Assembly: GCF_002105155.1 (NCBI RefSeq) | Contig: NW_019028989.1 | Location: forward strand, 372,001-436,000 | Direction of reading: 5' to 3' | DNA from: Lobosporangium transversale | Lineage: Eukaryota | DNA length: 64,000 nucleotides | Program-made: the position numbers and the translations under genes | Notes under the pieces: model-generated | Seen by the model: only the letters and a program-made list of their open reading frames with translations | The model's database searches: none | Told to the model about the DNA's origin: nothing | Part shown: in pieces, positions 35,977-48,707 of the stretch | How the letters are laid out: every line of letters begins with the position of its first letter | Numbering within the stretch: position 1 is the stretch's first letter

Positions 35977-37056
35977 TTACTTGGTCTTAACAAAACGAAG
36001 TTTGCCTGGTGAGTATTTGAAGTTGTCAGCATAGACTTTCTTCCTGAAAACCCTCTTGTTAGGCTCTTGAACAGTATAATCCCAACCTAAGAAATAAAAT
36101 ATATCCGTGTTAATAGTGTACTCGATAATACTTTCTTAAATCCAATATGCTTCAATGGCATTATAAGATCTCCTGCATTGAATAACAATAATAATAAAAA
36201 AATACCTTGCTTGTCGGCAAAGGCAATAGCATCTTCCTTAGTTCTGAATTTCATGGCAAGGGAATGCATATAATCAGAACTATTTTAAGAGAGTGAAAGA
36301 ATGCAATGGGCGAATGGATTAGTGAATGAAAGAGTAATAAGGTTGTTCGCAAAAAAAATAATAAAAGAAAAGTCAATCCGTACGTTGAAGCCCAGCCAAT
36401 CAACTCGTTTTCAAAACGTTCAGCTTCAAGCTCAGTGTCAAAGTCAAGTCGCCAATATCCAGTGTTAGCGATTCCGGACTGAGTAGCAGCCTTTGCCTGT
36501 TGGTAGATACGGCATGGATGGAAACGAACCTCCTCTAGTTAATATAGGGCCATAGGTAAATTAAGCAGAAAACATTAGCATGGGTATATTTTCACTAATT
36601 GCATATATTATTATTTTCTTTAGTCCTTTAGTGATTCTAGTTGCTGTCATGTCCTATTAAAAAACAGAGGCAGAAGAAAAACCCTTCTCCTCCACGTCAC
36701 TTCATGGTCTGAGCGAGATTGAACTATTTTTCTCCATTATATCCATGCACAACGGAACCATGACATATGACTATCTTTTAACAGATCCTGATACAAAAGC
36801 AATTCCTTTTCTTGGATTCATTCCCGCGCTGCATTGGTTATTTCGAAAAGATAAAGAAAAACTCACCAGGAGCACCACTGATGATCTCCGCTTGAAGGGT
36901 GGTGGTTGGCTCAACAGCCTCTGTGACGGAAGTTGAGTTTGAGGCTGTTGAAGTTGAGGTTGAGTAGAGCTTGATGGAAGATGAAGCAGCAGGTCTGACG
37001 GCAGCAGCAGCAAATGGCACGCGCATAGCCTGCTTGACGAGTAAAGAGGCCGACAT
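35977..37056 (-). CDS. NDUFS4: NADH:ubiquinone oxidoreductase subunit NDUFS4 (18/21 kDa), mitochondrial
   Basis: Four exons. Presequence-like N-terminus MSASLLVKQAMR; EIISGAP; CRIYQQAKAATQSG...WRLDFD...RFENELIGWAS; MKFRTKEDAIAFADKQGW; YADNFKYSPGKLRFVKTK*. Confidence 0.95.
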
Positions 37057-37412
37057 TGTGTTAAAGCAAGAAATGATAGTGTGATGCGAATGTGTCGAAT
37101 GCATGAGGATCTCCGTTTTCGGAGAAGAGTGGTAAGGCATGCGATTAGAAATCTTCCAATCAAAAGATCAAAGCCACACACCTTTGGCGCATCGCCCGAC
37201 CGTTAAATTTCCATTCAGGAACACCGAGGGGACAAAGCGCAAACACAGGCACAAAGGAACGAGCAGAACAAAAAACTTTCGTTCTTTCTCATTCTCTTCA
37301 TTCATCATCCCATAGTATTCCAGCAGATTCTTCAGGCTCTAGCTCTTCTTCATCTACATCTCAGGAATAGAAAATAAAAAAAGGGCAAATAAAAAGTAGA
37401 AAGTAGCCGACC

Positions 37413-39376
37413 ATGTATCGGGTTACTACCAGATCTAGTAGCGCTTTGTTGGGTATACGGCGACAGCAAACCATTGTTGCTCAGACCACACTAGTCGCAC
37501 CCTCATGGTCATGGTCAACGACTATGCGCACACTTAAAGCCTCTCCTATTGCAACCACTTCAACAACTGCTGCGACCACCATCAACACACCTCGTGCCTC
37601 TCTCTCCACACAAGCAATTCCACTCTTGCGCACCACCAAAGTCAAGACTACGGCTCGTAAATATACATCACAATCCGCAGTTCAAGTTGAAGAAGAGGTA
37701 TAAAAAAGAAAGCATCCAAGAGGCTTATTTTAATTTTTATTTTTATTTTTCGAAAACATTAATTGAAAACCAATCATGACTCGAGATATTTCCACAATAA
37801 ATGTTGGGTAAAATAATAACGATGAGGGATTCGGGTTTAAAACGTAATAATAGCTTCCGTTACAATATGGGATGCTATATTTTGATAATGCTTACCCCCT
37901 CAAGATGGGGTGGTGGGATATTCGCTATTCATTATTGCGGCCTGGCTGGAAACAACTCGAGCGAAAGGCCAAGACAGAATTAGTACCTCCTGAGAACGCC
38001 ATGCCTTTTCATTTTAAGATCGGAGGCATTGAGCCAAGGTAAAAAGCATGGGTGACCAATATATTCCTCGATCAATTGTGTGAACAATAGCCATCAATTT
38101 CAACTATCCATCTTGTTTTAAGCCCTTTCATCCCTCCTTTTTATATCTCTCTAACTTTTTTTTTTTTTTTTTTTTTTTTTTTGAAAGACTCAAAGACGGC
38201 GGAATGTTCGTCCATTTTTCATACGTTCGCCCAAGTTCTTATACCACCCGCGAGGCTCTCAAGGAGATTGAAAGTCGTTGTGAACAGCATTTGATCAGTC
38301 ATGATCACTACATGTGGTTTAATTTTCAAAAGGTCCGAGCCTTCTTAGTGAAAGGATCACCCTTTTTGGAAGATATGGCTAGTCGATACCCAAACAGCAA
38401 AATCAGGATTGAATACACAGGCGAACTAAATGTGGAGGCGATCTACAGTCTATTTAGAAAATATGGCAAGATCGTTGACATTGTCATGATTCCGCCTGTG
38501 AAAGACATGCCTGTCAAACAAGCTATTGTCAACTACTCATTCATGCGTGCAGCCACCAGTGCTAAGAGTTGTTTACATGGAGCGGAGATTAATGGCGTCA
38601 AAATGAGTGTGACCTATGAACGGACGTTACAAGGGAATGTTATCTGGACCTGGTTGACGAACCATCCTCGATTGAGTGTGCCCTTTGGCGGCGCAATTAT
38701 TGCAGGTGTATCGCTTTTGATCTTTGATCCGATCCGTGAGTTCAGTATGCATGCCAAGATTACTCAACTATTCAACGTCAATGAATATCCCATCTTGAAG
38801 TGGTTGCGAAAAGAGACCATTGGACGTCTTACTCGCGCACCTGTGGACTCTTTGCAGGCTACTGGATGGCGTGAACGAGAACATGATGAAGAAAAGCTCC
38901 GCAGTTGGCTACGCGTCCCACCAGGTAATGACAGATGACGTGGTTCACTAAGGTCTCGTTTTCTGTCTTTTTTTTTTTTTTTTTTTTTTTTAGCATAAAA
39001 CTTCGCTCATATGTTTTTTTTTATATTTGTTCAACATTTTGGATCATAGAATCGTTTGCAATTATTTACGGTCCTCGTGGGGCAGGAAAGACAGAGATGG
39101 TGGATTATGTAATTAGGAACAAGAAGAACAAAGTGATCATCCGCTGTGAGGAATTAGCTAATGCTAGGAGTGAAGGCGAGCTCTTGACTAATTTAGCTAA
39201 GCAGATCGGATACATCCCTTTATTCCAGTTCATGTCAACGATTAACAACATGCTGGACATGGCTATCACCGCTACAACAGGGCAGAGAGCAGGTAACAAA
39301 TGAACCACAAGCAAGGAAAAAAAAGTAAAATTTCCACTAGTAAATGATTCTTGTAACTCAAGTTGAACATCATATA

Positions 39377-39410
<34 letters not shown>

Positions 39411-39974
39411 CTTTTCTCTTCAAAAACTGATTTGATTTTTAGGACTGTCTGCAACATTTGAAGGCCAGCTCAAGAAGATTCTGGACACATTAACTGCCGC
39501 GATTCAAGAGGCATCCCCCACCAGAGACATGTCAAATTTCTCGATCGAGGCGATCATGAAGAAGATTGAGGCAACACTTGAGGAAAAGGCTCGGCGTGAA
39601 GAACTAGCCAAAGGAAATTCATGCTCGTCATCTATGCTGACTCAGTCTTTGGAATCTCGTCATAGAGAAACCAAAAAATTAAAGAAAAAGAAAAAAAAGA
39701 AGAACCAGGAGGCTGCCATGTGGATTGATCCGGATGAAATCCCAGTCATTGTAATTGATGGATACATGTCTAGAGAAAAAGGACCTCATGCAAAGGAGCT
39801 TTGGACTCATCTGGCTGATTGGGCTGCGGTCTTGGTTGAGAATCATATCGCTCATGTTGTTTTTATTAGCAATAATGTCTCTGCATCAAAGCCTTTGGCT
39901 AAAGGTAGCGCACAATATCTCACATATTACAGTGTAAAAAACTGTATTTCTAGTATTGATTTCTTATTTGACGA

Positions 39975-40006
<32 letters not shown>

Positions 40007-41041
40007 CTCAGCCTTGCCTAATATGACATTCGAAACGATCATGCTGGCAGATGCAACTTTGGAATCCTCTCTTGAGTTTGTGTATAAGCATTTGGATAGC
40101 GAGGAGTACCCAGATCTGATCCAGCCTATTCGGACTATCGGGGGTCGTCTTACCGATCTGGAGTTGTTTGTTCAAAAAATCAAGAGTGGAATCACACCTG
40201 AAGGTAAAGATGGAAAGGTAAAAAAAAAAAAGAAGAAGAAAAAGAAAAGACAGAGTCAATAACTAACTGGTGTCTATGCTTTTGTTTTATGTTAATAAAT
40301 AAATAGATGCGCTCCATGATATTCTGAGTCGTGCTGTGGTTGAGGTCAGGAAAAGTGCATTTGATTTCGACAGTACAGACGGCAGGACTCTAGGCTGGAC
40401 GCCAATGCAGTTTTGGGTCGTGATGAAACAACTGGTTTCTGGCGAACCTGCCAACTTTAACGAACTCAAGATCCACCCCTTGTTCAAAAACGATGAATCG
40501 CCTTTTGGTGCAATGGAACAAGTTGAATTGATATCTATAGTCCATAAAAATGGTAAGAAAAAAGAATCCTAATGAATACGGGGACGACGTTAGTTTGGGA
40601 AGAGCGCCATTGACTATAGATGGGTTGAATTTAAAGCGACCTCAACTCCTTTATATTATTGCTATTATTGTGGTTGCTATTGTCTTGTTAGGACGACCTT
40701 TTGCACTTCGGCCTGGTAAGCCTATTTATCGTGCTGCATTCCAAGAGATTTTGTCCGACGCAGGATTCAGAGCCGTGATGGATCTTGAGGCAGCTAACTA
40801 TCTTGAGAAGGAAGAGATGGTCAAAGTGGCCAAATATGAAGCAGAGCTGAAAGATTTATCTAGCCTGTTGCACAAGGATGGATCTTGGATATTTGGAGGT
40901 TATAAAGTTCCCAAGGAAGTTGATACCCGAGTCAAGTGGCTAATGAAGAAGTTGGCTGAATCTCATGCCAAGATCGAGAAGTACGAACATGAGGCTTCCG
41001 AGGCTAAGAAAGCCGTTGCAAGCTTGAGTTTGACTGTGTAA
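37413..41041 (+). CDS. YME2: mitochondrial escape protein 2 (Yme2/Rna12): RRM + TM + P-loop-like RNA12 domain
   Basis: Eight exons. RAFLVKGSPFLED, IYSLFRKYGKIVDI (RRM), WLTNHPRL...FDPIREF, GPRGAGKT, LADWAAVLVENHIAHVVF, GGRLTDLE, RPGKPIYRAAF. Confidence 0.93.
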
Positions 41042-41617
41042 GCCATAGGAATCTTAATTTCATAGATGACAAAGATAATAAAATAGACATATAGTAATTA
41101 ATCCTTACTAATATATCCATGCCGTACTTTGGTGGATCGTGCGCTCACGAAGACAATGGAGACAGAAATCCAAGTTGACTCATGCTAATTTAGGTGCCCC
41201 AGGAATGCCTCTATCGGCATATGATCAACAGAGCGGCTCTAGACAATTGATTTTCATTATTCTAATCTACTTTGTTTTGACAGCTTGCTTTCCATCTGTC
41301 ATATTCTCTCCAAACATTACTCTCAACAAAATGCTTTCTCACATCATGTTCAAATATTGTTGCTGTGACTCTGCGGTCTATGGACGTTATCTTTGAAAGA
41401 GAGGGAAAAAGGTATACTGCTTCTTTTCTCTAAATTACATGAGAATATAACGGCTGTTAAAGCAACTGATACAGGTCTTTTCCTATGACGCACTTTTTCT
41501 TCTTTTGGTTGTCTTTAACGCGTAAATGCAAGGAAGGAGAAACCGAATTTGTGCCAAAATAAAAGGGTATTTCTCAGCACTTCAAGGCTTCTGTACTTGA
41601 ACGGTTCAGATGAGGTA

Positions 41618-41661
41618 GCCACCGGCTGGTGCCACCGGCTGGTGCCACCGGCTGGTGCCAC
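41618..41661. repeat. GC-rich 13-bp tandem repeat (gccaccggctggt) x3.4
   Basis: Three perfect units at 41618, 41631 and 41644, plus a partial gccac. Confidence 0.9.
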
Positions 41662-42638
41662 AACCACACAGGCTATCGCAGGCTATTTTTCAAACCCACA
41701 ACTTCTTGCAACTCGTGCTTTGCTATGCAAATGAGTTTGAGAGGCATAGAATGAGAATCTGATCACGGAGACGGTAAGGGGGACAGTCGTGTCTTTTTCA
41801 TACTTATTCTTCTAATTTTGTTAAACAGTCGTTTCCTTTTTCATAGTTGATACTCTTTAGTTTTCATATCTAGCATGATATGAAAATTCCCTTTTACTTA
41901 ATAGTATAATCAAAAGATCACCCATAGATTTGTGACCTAATAAAGGCTTGGACTCGATTGCTCCATCTATCATATTTCATATTTAGTAATCTCTCGTGTA
42001 GGCAATAATACCGTAAAAGAGCCTTCCTCTTCTCTGTCTTCTATATAGGATGAGAGGTACAAACTCCTTGAGGGCAGGTTAGGGACTACAGGTTTTGCAA
42101 CAGAATAGGATAAGATAGCAGATAGACACGCCAAAGATACGTGTATGCGCATCACACAGCAATGATTCTATAATTTCATTGACATCTAACAGCGCTTCTT
42201 AGGTATATTAGAGGAACTTTGAGAGAACACTATAGAATAGTATATTGAGGTTTGGCATCAAACACGCGGGTTTTGATGATGAAGAGGTTATGGAATAAAA
42301 AATAAAAATAAAAAAAAAAAAAAGAATAAGTAAACCTGTATGATCTTTTTTGGAATACTTGAACGCTTGTCAAGTAGATTAACAAATGCAAAAGGAAGGA
42401 AAGTGAAGGAATAAAAATAAAAAATAAAAAATAAAAAATAAAAAATAAAAAAGCGCGGTCTATAGGTTACAGGTATCTTAAAAGAAAGAAAGAAATAATA
42501 TGACATGACATGATGTGAGCGTTTTGATAAAAAAAATAAATAGCTCGAGAACGCGAAATTGAATACATAAAAGAAAAAAGGAAATGGAAAAGGGTGTAAT
42601 TATTTTGCTAGAGGCGGTAAGAATGAACCGGTACCCCT

Positions 42639-45497
42639 TCAAGACTGCGAATATGGTTGATTGGATCCGCTTCCATTGACTGATTTGGTTAACATGTCAA
42701 TGAAGCTGGTGGCCGTACTGATATTCGTGCCAGTGGATAAATCTGGGCTCGGCTCTGAGGAGTCCTTTGGAAGTAGCGAGGAAGATTGATGAGCTAAATC
42801 TTGTTGTTTGGGTGACGATAATGATATTGATGTGGAGAATGTAGGTATTGGTGCGGGTGAAGGCGCTTGGATGGGTGTGGATGAAGGTGCAGGTGTGGGT
42901 GCGGATGTGGATATAGGTGTGGGCGTGGATGTAGATATAGGTGTGGGCGTGGATGTAGATATAGGTGTGGGCGTGGATGTAGATATCGATGTGGATGTGG
43001 ATGTGGATGTGGGAGCTACAGCGATAGGTAAGGTCCCTGACTGCGAATAATTTCCGATCAAAGCTTGTAGTTGTTTCATTTTCTCTTGCGATTTGAGCTG
43101 CTCCTGTTCCATGGCTGTTTTACATCCCTCAATATTTTGAGATCGGCTCTTAAGCTCATCACATATGATCTGTTCTCTAGTCTCAGCAGCCTTTAGTTGT
43201 GCGGCTGCTTGCTCAAGTTCTTCATCCAACTTTGCGATCGCCTTATCAAAAGCACGCCTTTCATCATATATCTTCATGTTCTCGTCTTCCAAACGCACCA
43301 AACTCTTCTTGGCTGCTGCCAATGCTCTCTGAATATCGCGGATAGAATTAGCGGACTGTGCACCCATAGGCATATCCAGTTTATGATCTTCCAAGTTAGG
43401 GACTTCTGAGGTTGCCATGCTCTCAGATTCTGCTCGATCGTCAGCTTTGGATCCTGATCCAGTGTTCAAGTCAGAGGTAACATTACTATGAGCCCGCATC
43501 TTTTTCTTTTGGCTTTGATACGCATCCCACTTCTTCATCTCCCATTCGAGACGCGCTTCAAGTCGTTTCACTTCATCTGTAGATGCAGCTTTGGCAGAGA
43601 GGTAGAGCGCTTGTGATTCTCTTAGTCTCTTATCCATTTTCATAGCTAGTGACTTGGTCTCAGCCAGCTGGGTTTGTAGTGAAGAATAGATTTCTTGCGC
43701 AGATTTACTCTCTACATCTGGTGAGAGTTTTACTACGCTTGTACTACCATCGCTTTTGATAACTGATGATGACGTCGAAGGTGAACGTGTAATAGATAAT
43801 TCAGACAGATGCTGTTGCTGAATATGGGATGAAAGTTCCATTAAATTGGGGAAACTTTGCTGACAACCATTCCATTCACATTGAATAGCAGAACTCTGTT
43901 GATGTTGGTTACTGGATAACTCCTTTCCCGCATTATAACCATTAATTTCAGGCTTCTGTGGCTCTGTAACCGAAGGGACTAATGGTTGCTGTGATGACAT
44001 ATCATTTGAAACTGAGGTAGAAGGTTCGTAAAGACCAGAGCCTATAACAAGAAAAAACACCAAAACAAAGATTTAGTTGGTTAGTCAGAAATGCAGTATT
44101 AAATAACTTTCGCTATTTCTGCACTTGTGGAGACCGCTAAGCAGTTACCATTTATATCACCCTGCATGATAGCTGCTAAGATATGAGGATCCTTTATCAC
44201 TATGCCTTGTTCTGGATGTGCCAATCTTTGTTGTTCAAGCATATGTTCTGGGATGAAAAGCGCTTTTGCAATCCCGTTTAGAACATCTATTGCCAAGAAC
44301 AAGCTTCCTGAGGCCCCTGTCTGCTTCTTAATTTCAATAAGCCATGCATCTGAGGTTCTAAGTATAGAGTCTTCATCTAGATCTGATTTTGATAAATATT
44401 ATATGCCAATTATGCCAATGTCAATATCTTTTCTCTTTCGAGCTGCCCTTATTCTTTTCCATATCATAACAATAAACGGTTTGCGAACCTGGCTTCTTCG
44501 GATTCCTTAGGAATTTCAAAAGCTCCGTGCGCATGACAGCATCGCTCACTAGGGTCGATTTTTCGATGACGGATCTAAAAAACGCCTTTTCATTAGAATT
44601 GTCCAGACTCAGTAGCCGAAATGTTGCTTGTCCCTGCCCATTGTTGGCAGTGCCCAAAGGCTGTCTCCTGGCATGGTATTTGACAGCTTGATCACGATTA
44701 TGTGTGTGATCCCCAGCCTATGAATAAAAATTCAAGTCAACAAACGAAACGAGGGAGATTTATGAAAATCAGACTCACAAAAAAATGAGCTTCAACACTC
44801 CACTTAGCCTTCATCTCACCTTTGCTCGTTTCGCATCGTCTGTGTTGGTAGCATCCTGATTCGAAGCATTCTGGAGACCAGAGTCAAGCTTGTTTGGATC
44901 TGTTATGGCCTTGTGGCCAATGGCTTCAGAGGTAGCTTTTCTTTTGAGAGATTTTGAGGGATCGTATCTGGCATAAGCTGGGCGAACATTAAACGGATAT
45001 GGTATGGGATGATAATAGCTACCATGCGAAGAAGAGAGGTGACGTGGGAAGGCAGGATATGGTCCTGTATCAAAGAATTGGGACGTATAGGGTCCTGAAG
45101 AACTTCCATGAGGAATATATGGGTGAGTAAACCTCGGCTTTGAAAAGCTCGATAAGGATGAATGCCGTAGTGATTGTTTATGTGGCGTTGCCCCTGTTGT
45201 GTGGTCCAGACGAGAGCTGAAACCTTTGTGAACATCCTGCCATGTATCTGCACCATTAGATCTATCAATTGACCGCCGACGCTGAGGGCGCCTTTCTTCC
45301 TGTCTGCGTTCAAATTCCTCGATAAGTTCTTGACCAAGTATGTTTTGCTCCGGTTCCCAAGAATCCTCATATCCTTTCCCCTGTGCATCTTCTCCTTGCC
45401 ATCTGATCAAATACTCAACGACCCCAGTCTCCGCATTAGTTCTTTTTTCGAGGATTTTCTCGACCAGGCAGATGTCCTGAGTGAATGTTTCTGACAT
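42639..45497 (-). CDS. chromodomain protein with an uncharacterised middle domain, a single C2H2 finger and a long coiled coil
   Basis: Four exons (approx. 45497-44820, 44718-44490, 44383-44148, 44041-42639). LVEKILEKR...EYLIRWQG...DSWEPEQNIL...LIEEFE (chromo); CEWNGCQQSFPNLMELSSHIQQQH (C2H2); heptad-rich E/K/Q region. Confidence 0.82.
42892..43011. repeat. coding minisatellite: 24-bp unit (ggtgtgggcgtggatgtagatata) x~4 plus (gatgtg)x4, encoding STSTPTPI repeats
   Basis: Near-identical units at 42916, 42940 and 42964, with a degenerate unit at 42892. Confidence 0.9.
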
Positions 45498-46140
45498 TTT
45501 TCTTTCTTTTCCCTAGCCTCAAATTATCCCCACACTGACAATCCAGGCGACGGGGTGCTTACAAAGAGTCAGAAACAGGATGGCAGATACTAAATATAAA
45601 GACTTTGAAAGTTAGAGAAAAGCTTTAGTGTAAAAAGAAATATTGTATTTCAAATTCTTGAAGGAACGCTATCTTGATTTCTTTGTTGATAACTCAACAA
45701 TACAACCAATTGTCATTTATTGTCACTAAGGTACTGATTTATGTGCGCTTTGTTCATTCTTTAAAAGCTTATTCTTACTATGAAGCAATAAAAGTTCTTG
45801 CTGTTCAAAAGGTCGAGTAATACGAGCACAACCCTTGGTATCGTTATTGAGATGAAGAAAGATGATTGGGGGAATTATATAAGTCCAAAAGCGCGATGAA
45901 CAAAGTAAGGCGTGATCAACAGAGTAAGGATGATGCGATGCCTATTTTTTTATAAGCGCAGTGAAAAACTCTAGGCAGTAACGGTCTTAGAGGAGAAATA
46001 AATCAATCAATTTGGGTTCAGTATAATAATAGCCTAATATACGTCACCATGTGACTGCTTCTCAGTTAATTTAAAGCAAGACATATTTTAAAAATGTATT
46101 GACGCCTTTTTCGCAAGGAAATATTCGCACAAAAACTACT

Positions 46141-47467
46141 CTATGCAACTTCGCAACCAAGGACAGACTGCAGACCACCAACAAGGTGAAGACTTCCCGT
46201 TACCAATACTTGGACCTGATCTACTCCTTGCTCGACCTGACTCTTGACATAGTCATCAACCCAAATGACAGAGTGTTCTATCGATGGAAGCACCGTCGTA
46301 TTCACCTGGTCTGCCTGCTGTGTTCCAGATTCCAAGCCAGAAGCTAGTGCAAGCTGTCGGGTCCAACATTCTGCTAAGGTTTTCTGGGTCGTAAGTTCGG
46401 GATCGATTGGGGCAGTGTTGTTCACTAGATCCCCTTTATACGTATTAGAAGCAAATGTGATAGTCGGAGTGAAAACTGCTTGATCAAAATGAACCACAGA
46501 ATGGATCTTGGCCAAAGGCCCTAAAAGCTTGTCACCGTCTCTAGGCCCTGTGCAATTAAAAATGAGGACTCTCTTGACAGTTCTATATCATGAACCGAAC
46601 GATTAATTTTCAGATTCACGTTAGCTCTAATAGGAAATATTTAGGTTGCCATTATAGACATTGTTATTCTGCCATCACTATCTTTGCGTAATCGCCATAC
46701 CCGTGGAGATTTGACTGACTGACATCTTTGAACCAAGCTGCGCAAACTGTAGTGCTCTCAGCAGTATGCGCTCCATCAAAGAACCATTTTATTTTGGGCT
46801 TATCATCCCTGACCATGATCTGGCCACGGCCTGGCCACCGGGCATTTGTAAGGCCTTTGATAAACGCCTTGGGAATCGATTCATTAGATTCTTCGATTTT
46901 ATCTCCCAGCACCTTTTCGATCCAAATGCGACAGATGGCGCTAGCTAGAGCGGCATTTGATACTTGATGCTTCCCATTTAAACCAATTGTCACATCACCC
47001 AACTCTACATTTGAAAAAGGAGGGATAATCTTGAAAAACTCTGCCTATAGCATGATGACATTCACCAATCAGAAAGAGGAAGTTTAGCAGCCTCGATTTG
47101 GTTTTTTGGTAAACTATAGTTCGTTAATTGGATAATTGCTTCCTACCCCGAGTTCCTCAGCTCTACTTTTAAGGACACTGAGACCTTCTTCGGGCTGTTC
47201 AGTTGTGATAGCAGGGACGCCCCGTTTAAAAATACCCCCTTTGTTCCATGCGATTTCTCCCAATGTCGATCCCAGTACCGAAACGTGATCAATACCCAAT
47301 GCTGCTACAGCACAAACCACAGGCTTTATAATAATGTTGGTTGAGTCATATGTACCACCTATACCAACCTCCATAATGGCCGCATCGACCTTTTCTTGTT
47401 TGAATACATGAAAAGCCAATGTGGTTAAGTACCGGAAGTAACCAGGCTTTGATTTATCCTATTCCTC

Positions 47468-47500
<33 letters not shown>

Positions 47501-48707
47501 GTTAGTCATCAAAAATGGTCTTTCTTGGCAATGATTTTCTACCAGATAACCATAGATGACAGCCATATCGATTATGTGCTGCAAATTATGAATGGCTATC
47601 ATAATCGTCTGCCAAATACACTTGTCATAATTTTTCCCATACAAGCGAGGAAGGAATGTCACTAACGACACTCTTTTTTTTTTACTTACGCCACTGGATT
47701 CGAAACGATCCCAGATCTCAAAAAAGTACTTTGCAAACAACTCCTGACTGAGGGGTACCCCATTAATCCTAATCCTTTCCCTGACTTCCATCAAGTGTGG
47801 CGACGTATACAATCCTGTGACAAGGAATGAATAAATTAGATATTGATCAATACACTTTTGGTTAGTCCAGTCCATTCATTTCATGAATAGATCTTGAAAC
47901 TTACCAGTTTTGATCTTCTTCGAGCCTTCATAATTCCTGAGGATAGACTCGGTTAAGGCACAGGTTGAACCTTTGCCTTTGGTGCCAGTGACATGGATTA
48001 AGTTAAGCTCATCAAAATCCTCAGGCTATGAAACAAAAAAATAGCAGTCGTCAGTTGCATTTTGTTTTTATAAGCATTATTACTATAATCATTATTATTA
48101 GTGTTTTTTTACTTGGTATCCAGTCCGCGCGACAAAGTCAAGCATCTGTGGTAGCGACGCTTTTGTTGACTTCTTGGAATCATTAAGTGCAGCAAAGTTT
48201 GTCTGCAATCCATTGAGCTTGTTAACAGCATCCTGGATACAGGAGATGAAGAAGGAATATTTAAAAAAACAGCATTGTAAGAATAAACCACAGGGGATAT
48301 CTTAAAATAAGATTTACATCGATATCTCAATAAAAGTAATTATGTACAGCGTAAGACCGAGGCATCGGGGCAGCAAACGTCTTTATACGTTTATTCAACA
48401 GAGCGTGGCGATCTTGTTGTAGAAACTCAGTCCGAGTTGAATAATTTTGAAAAATGAATAAATGTGTCGTTGTCGCAATGGATCCAGAGCGTCTAATCAG
48501 TCGACAATGGGGAATTGGAATGGTGCGAGTAGAAAAGAGGAGAGGAGAGGAGAAGGACGAAGGGCCTCGATGAAATGTAGAAGCAGAAGCGACACACGTG
48601 TTAGAGACACGAAACAAGGGGTGCAGTTGCCGTGAAAGCGGTATTGGGGATGAGATTGGGGAACGGTGGCAGAACAGCGCACGAGTCCTGTGGCGGACAA
48701 TGAACAT
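46141..48707 (-). CDS. MET7: folylpolyglutamate synthase
   Basis: Seven exons. [93 protein letters not shown]. Confidence 0.96.

Noticed and set aside
41618..41661. Direct repeats as a CRISPR-like array
   Set aside because: The units are 13 bp and abut each other with no spacers; the context is eukaryotic with no cas genes.
41970..42155. 61-aa ORF with a signal-peptide-like N-terminus (MRIHVSLACLSAILSYSVAKP)
   Set aside because: It is short, has no recognisable motif or Cys pattern, and cannot be told apart from a chance ORF without expression data.
44811..45497. Chromodomain as part of a chromovirus (Ty3/Gypsy) integrase
   Set aside because: The chromodomain is N-terminal in a spliced gene, with no RT, RNase H, integrase or LTRs nearby.
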